In this document: positions 62,172 to 64,000 of the stretch, piece by piece
Layout: each line of letters starts with the position of its first letter
Numbering within the stretch: the first letter of the stretch is position 1
Position numbers and translations under genes: made by a program
The notes under the pieces: model-generated
The model's input: the letters and a program-made list of their open reading frames with translations, nothing else
Told to the model about the DNA's origin: nothing
The model's database searches: none
Source: Callorhinchus milii
Lineage: Eukaryota
Length of the DNA stretch: 64,000 bases
Assembly (NCBI RefSeq): GCF_018977255.1
Contig: NW_024704743.1
Span: forward strand, 73,782,001 to 73,846,000
Reading direction: 5' to 3'

Positions 62172-62924
62172 AAATGATAGATAGGTCATATAACAGTAAC
62201 TTTCACAGTTTTCGTGGTTCACGTGATGGCTTCAGCCTAGTAGCAAACAGTTTGTAAACAATTTAGCAATTCTCAGTGTCCTTTAAAAAAATAACAGTTT
62301 GAGGTATTTACACATGTATGAGTCTAAGCCAGTTTTAAAATAATTGCCAATACGTAGGATAAAACTAACGTGTTAGTGTTTCTGCTGCACCAAATAAAGT
62401 ACTGAATGAAAACAGCCTGTGTCAGAGTGAATCCCAAGGAAGTGAGAGACTCTCATCGGGCTCAGATATAGTCCATGATTAACATTGATTTTCCTTACTG
62501 TTGTCCATGAAATGTCTGTACTGTACTTTTAGTCAGTAGCCTGTAATATAGTGCCCTGAAATCCTTAAATGTGTCCTGTTTATTTGGGTTTCGCATTATT
62601 TAAATTTTTGAGTGAGTTCCGATTCGCCTGGGTAGGTCTCAGCTTTGGGCTTGCGTCCACTTGGAACTAACTCCAGATTGCTTAAACCAATTTGATTGAG
62701 GAATCTAAGGAGAACAGCTGTAGGTTGTCATCAAATCCTTACTTGGATTGATTAAACCCATGTTTGCATTCATTTTCCCCATTGACATCAACAATGTTTA
62801 CTGCAAGCATTGACATATAAGGAAGCGTCAGCTTTAGGGAACTATGGACAATATAAAAGTAGAGACTTAAGGATATCAGGAATCCATTAGAGTGTGAAGT
62901 TCTTCAAACTTAGAGAATGAGCAG

Positions 62925-63284
62925 ATAATAATAATAATAATCCTTCCATTTGATATAGTGCCTTATCACGACTTTGAGGCGTCTCAAAGTGCTTCAGAGG
63001 ATACACTGTATAGTGACTGTATTTTATGGGTGAATGTGGCATCCAATTGCACACAGCAGTGACCCACAAACAGTTGTGGATTGAGTTATCAAATTAATTT
63101 TTTGGAGGGATTATTACCCCCAGAAAGCGATCTGCCAATCGATTGACAATCGGGTTCCTACTTACTGTTAGGTAAACAGAGTCACGTGGAGTAAGGAAAC
63201 TTGCCTATTGTTTCTGCCTGCCCGCAAATTGAACCCAGGTCCTTTCACTTGTGAGGCAAGTGCTCTAACCACTAAGCTCCAGGA
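62925..63284 (-). mobile_element. Older, longer variant of the tRNA-derived SINE
   Basis: Same head and tail as 53577-53896, with an extra ~65-bp central segment (~63117-63183). Confidence 0.8.
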
Positions 63285-63430
63285 TTAATATGTCTAAATA
63301 CAATTATCATCATTCTGCCACATGTTCCAGTTGTTGGTCAGTTGGTTAATAAATTTGTGATGTGATGCACCATGAGGCATACTCAAGTGTAAATTAAATG
63401 GCAACTTTTATTTTTGGTGTTTGGGTACAG

Positions 63431-63556
63431 GTCAGGTGTTTACTGCCGGCGTGGTTGAGATTTTAGATGGCTACGACTTCAGAGCCTTGATACGGAAAGT
63501 GAAAGGAGAAAGGCAGACTGGAGTGGCTCCTGCTGAATACGATGACAGCTTCCTGG
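63431..63556 (+). CDS. ITGA8: ITGA8 exon 7 (126 nt); gene continues beyond the window
   Basis: gtacag|GT CAG ... CTG G|gtgagt. Encodes (G)QVFTAGVVEILDGYDFRALIRKVKGERQTGVAPAEYDDSFL(G). Confidence 0.95.
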
Positions 63557-64000
63557 GTGAGTCTCTGCTGTGGGAATGAGGAGATTGTGCTGAGCAGGTT
63601 TAGTAGCTGACTGGAAAAGAACATTATCAAAAGAGTGGGCATTATTACTGAATTTATCTTTTTACTGAGATTGCTTCTTTTGAACACACATAACAGAAAA
63701 TCAGCACAGGCCAGTCATGCCTTTATTAGTCTGTTTGCTTCAGGAAAGAATCTGTTTCCAGCCCATTCCAGCACCAAACCTCTACATTCTACTTACGCCT
63801 CAACCTGGAAATTGTCCATTTAGTGTTTGCTTGCATTCTATTCCAAGAAATTGCAAATAGAGGAGAAGATCTAGACCCTTAAGTTATGCTAAGTTACACT
63901 TAGTTCTCTGAATCCCATTTTACAATAAAATAATACATAGAGCATAATACATTGAAATGTCCCAAAGCACTTCACAGAGTATTCTGTAAAGTGTAATGAC

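Overview
Repeat-rich vertebrate genomic DNA. The SINE, L2, CR1 and Penelope repertoire suggests a cartilaginous fish, possibly a holocephalan (inference). Two spliced genes lie on the + strand, in the same order and orientation as the human locus: the last four coding exons of MINDY3 (FAM188A; 8657-25661) and the first seven coding exons of integrin alpha-8 (ITGA8; 44902-63556, continuing past the window). All 11 exons have canonical splice sites and join in frame. The rest is L2 and CR1 LINE remnants, tRNA-Ala SINEs, Deu-domain SINEs, mariner-like MITEs, one Penelope remnant, and two large tandem arrays just upstream of ITGA8. Almost all ORFs in the supplied track are repeat artefacts. I cannot demonstrate a new biological system. 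The best leads are: (1) a C-rich array, stop-free in all + frames, abutting the ITGA8 start codon; (2) an unclassified hairpin-bounded, A-tailed repeat family with about 7 copies; (3) a minimal hammerhead ribozyme in the Penelope remnant; (4) a ~250-bp inverted duplication in ITGA8 intron 5. Exon coordinates were read to the base. Repeat boundaries are approximate, and comparisons with human proteins are from memory.
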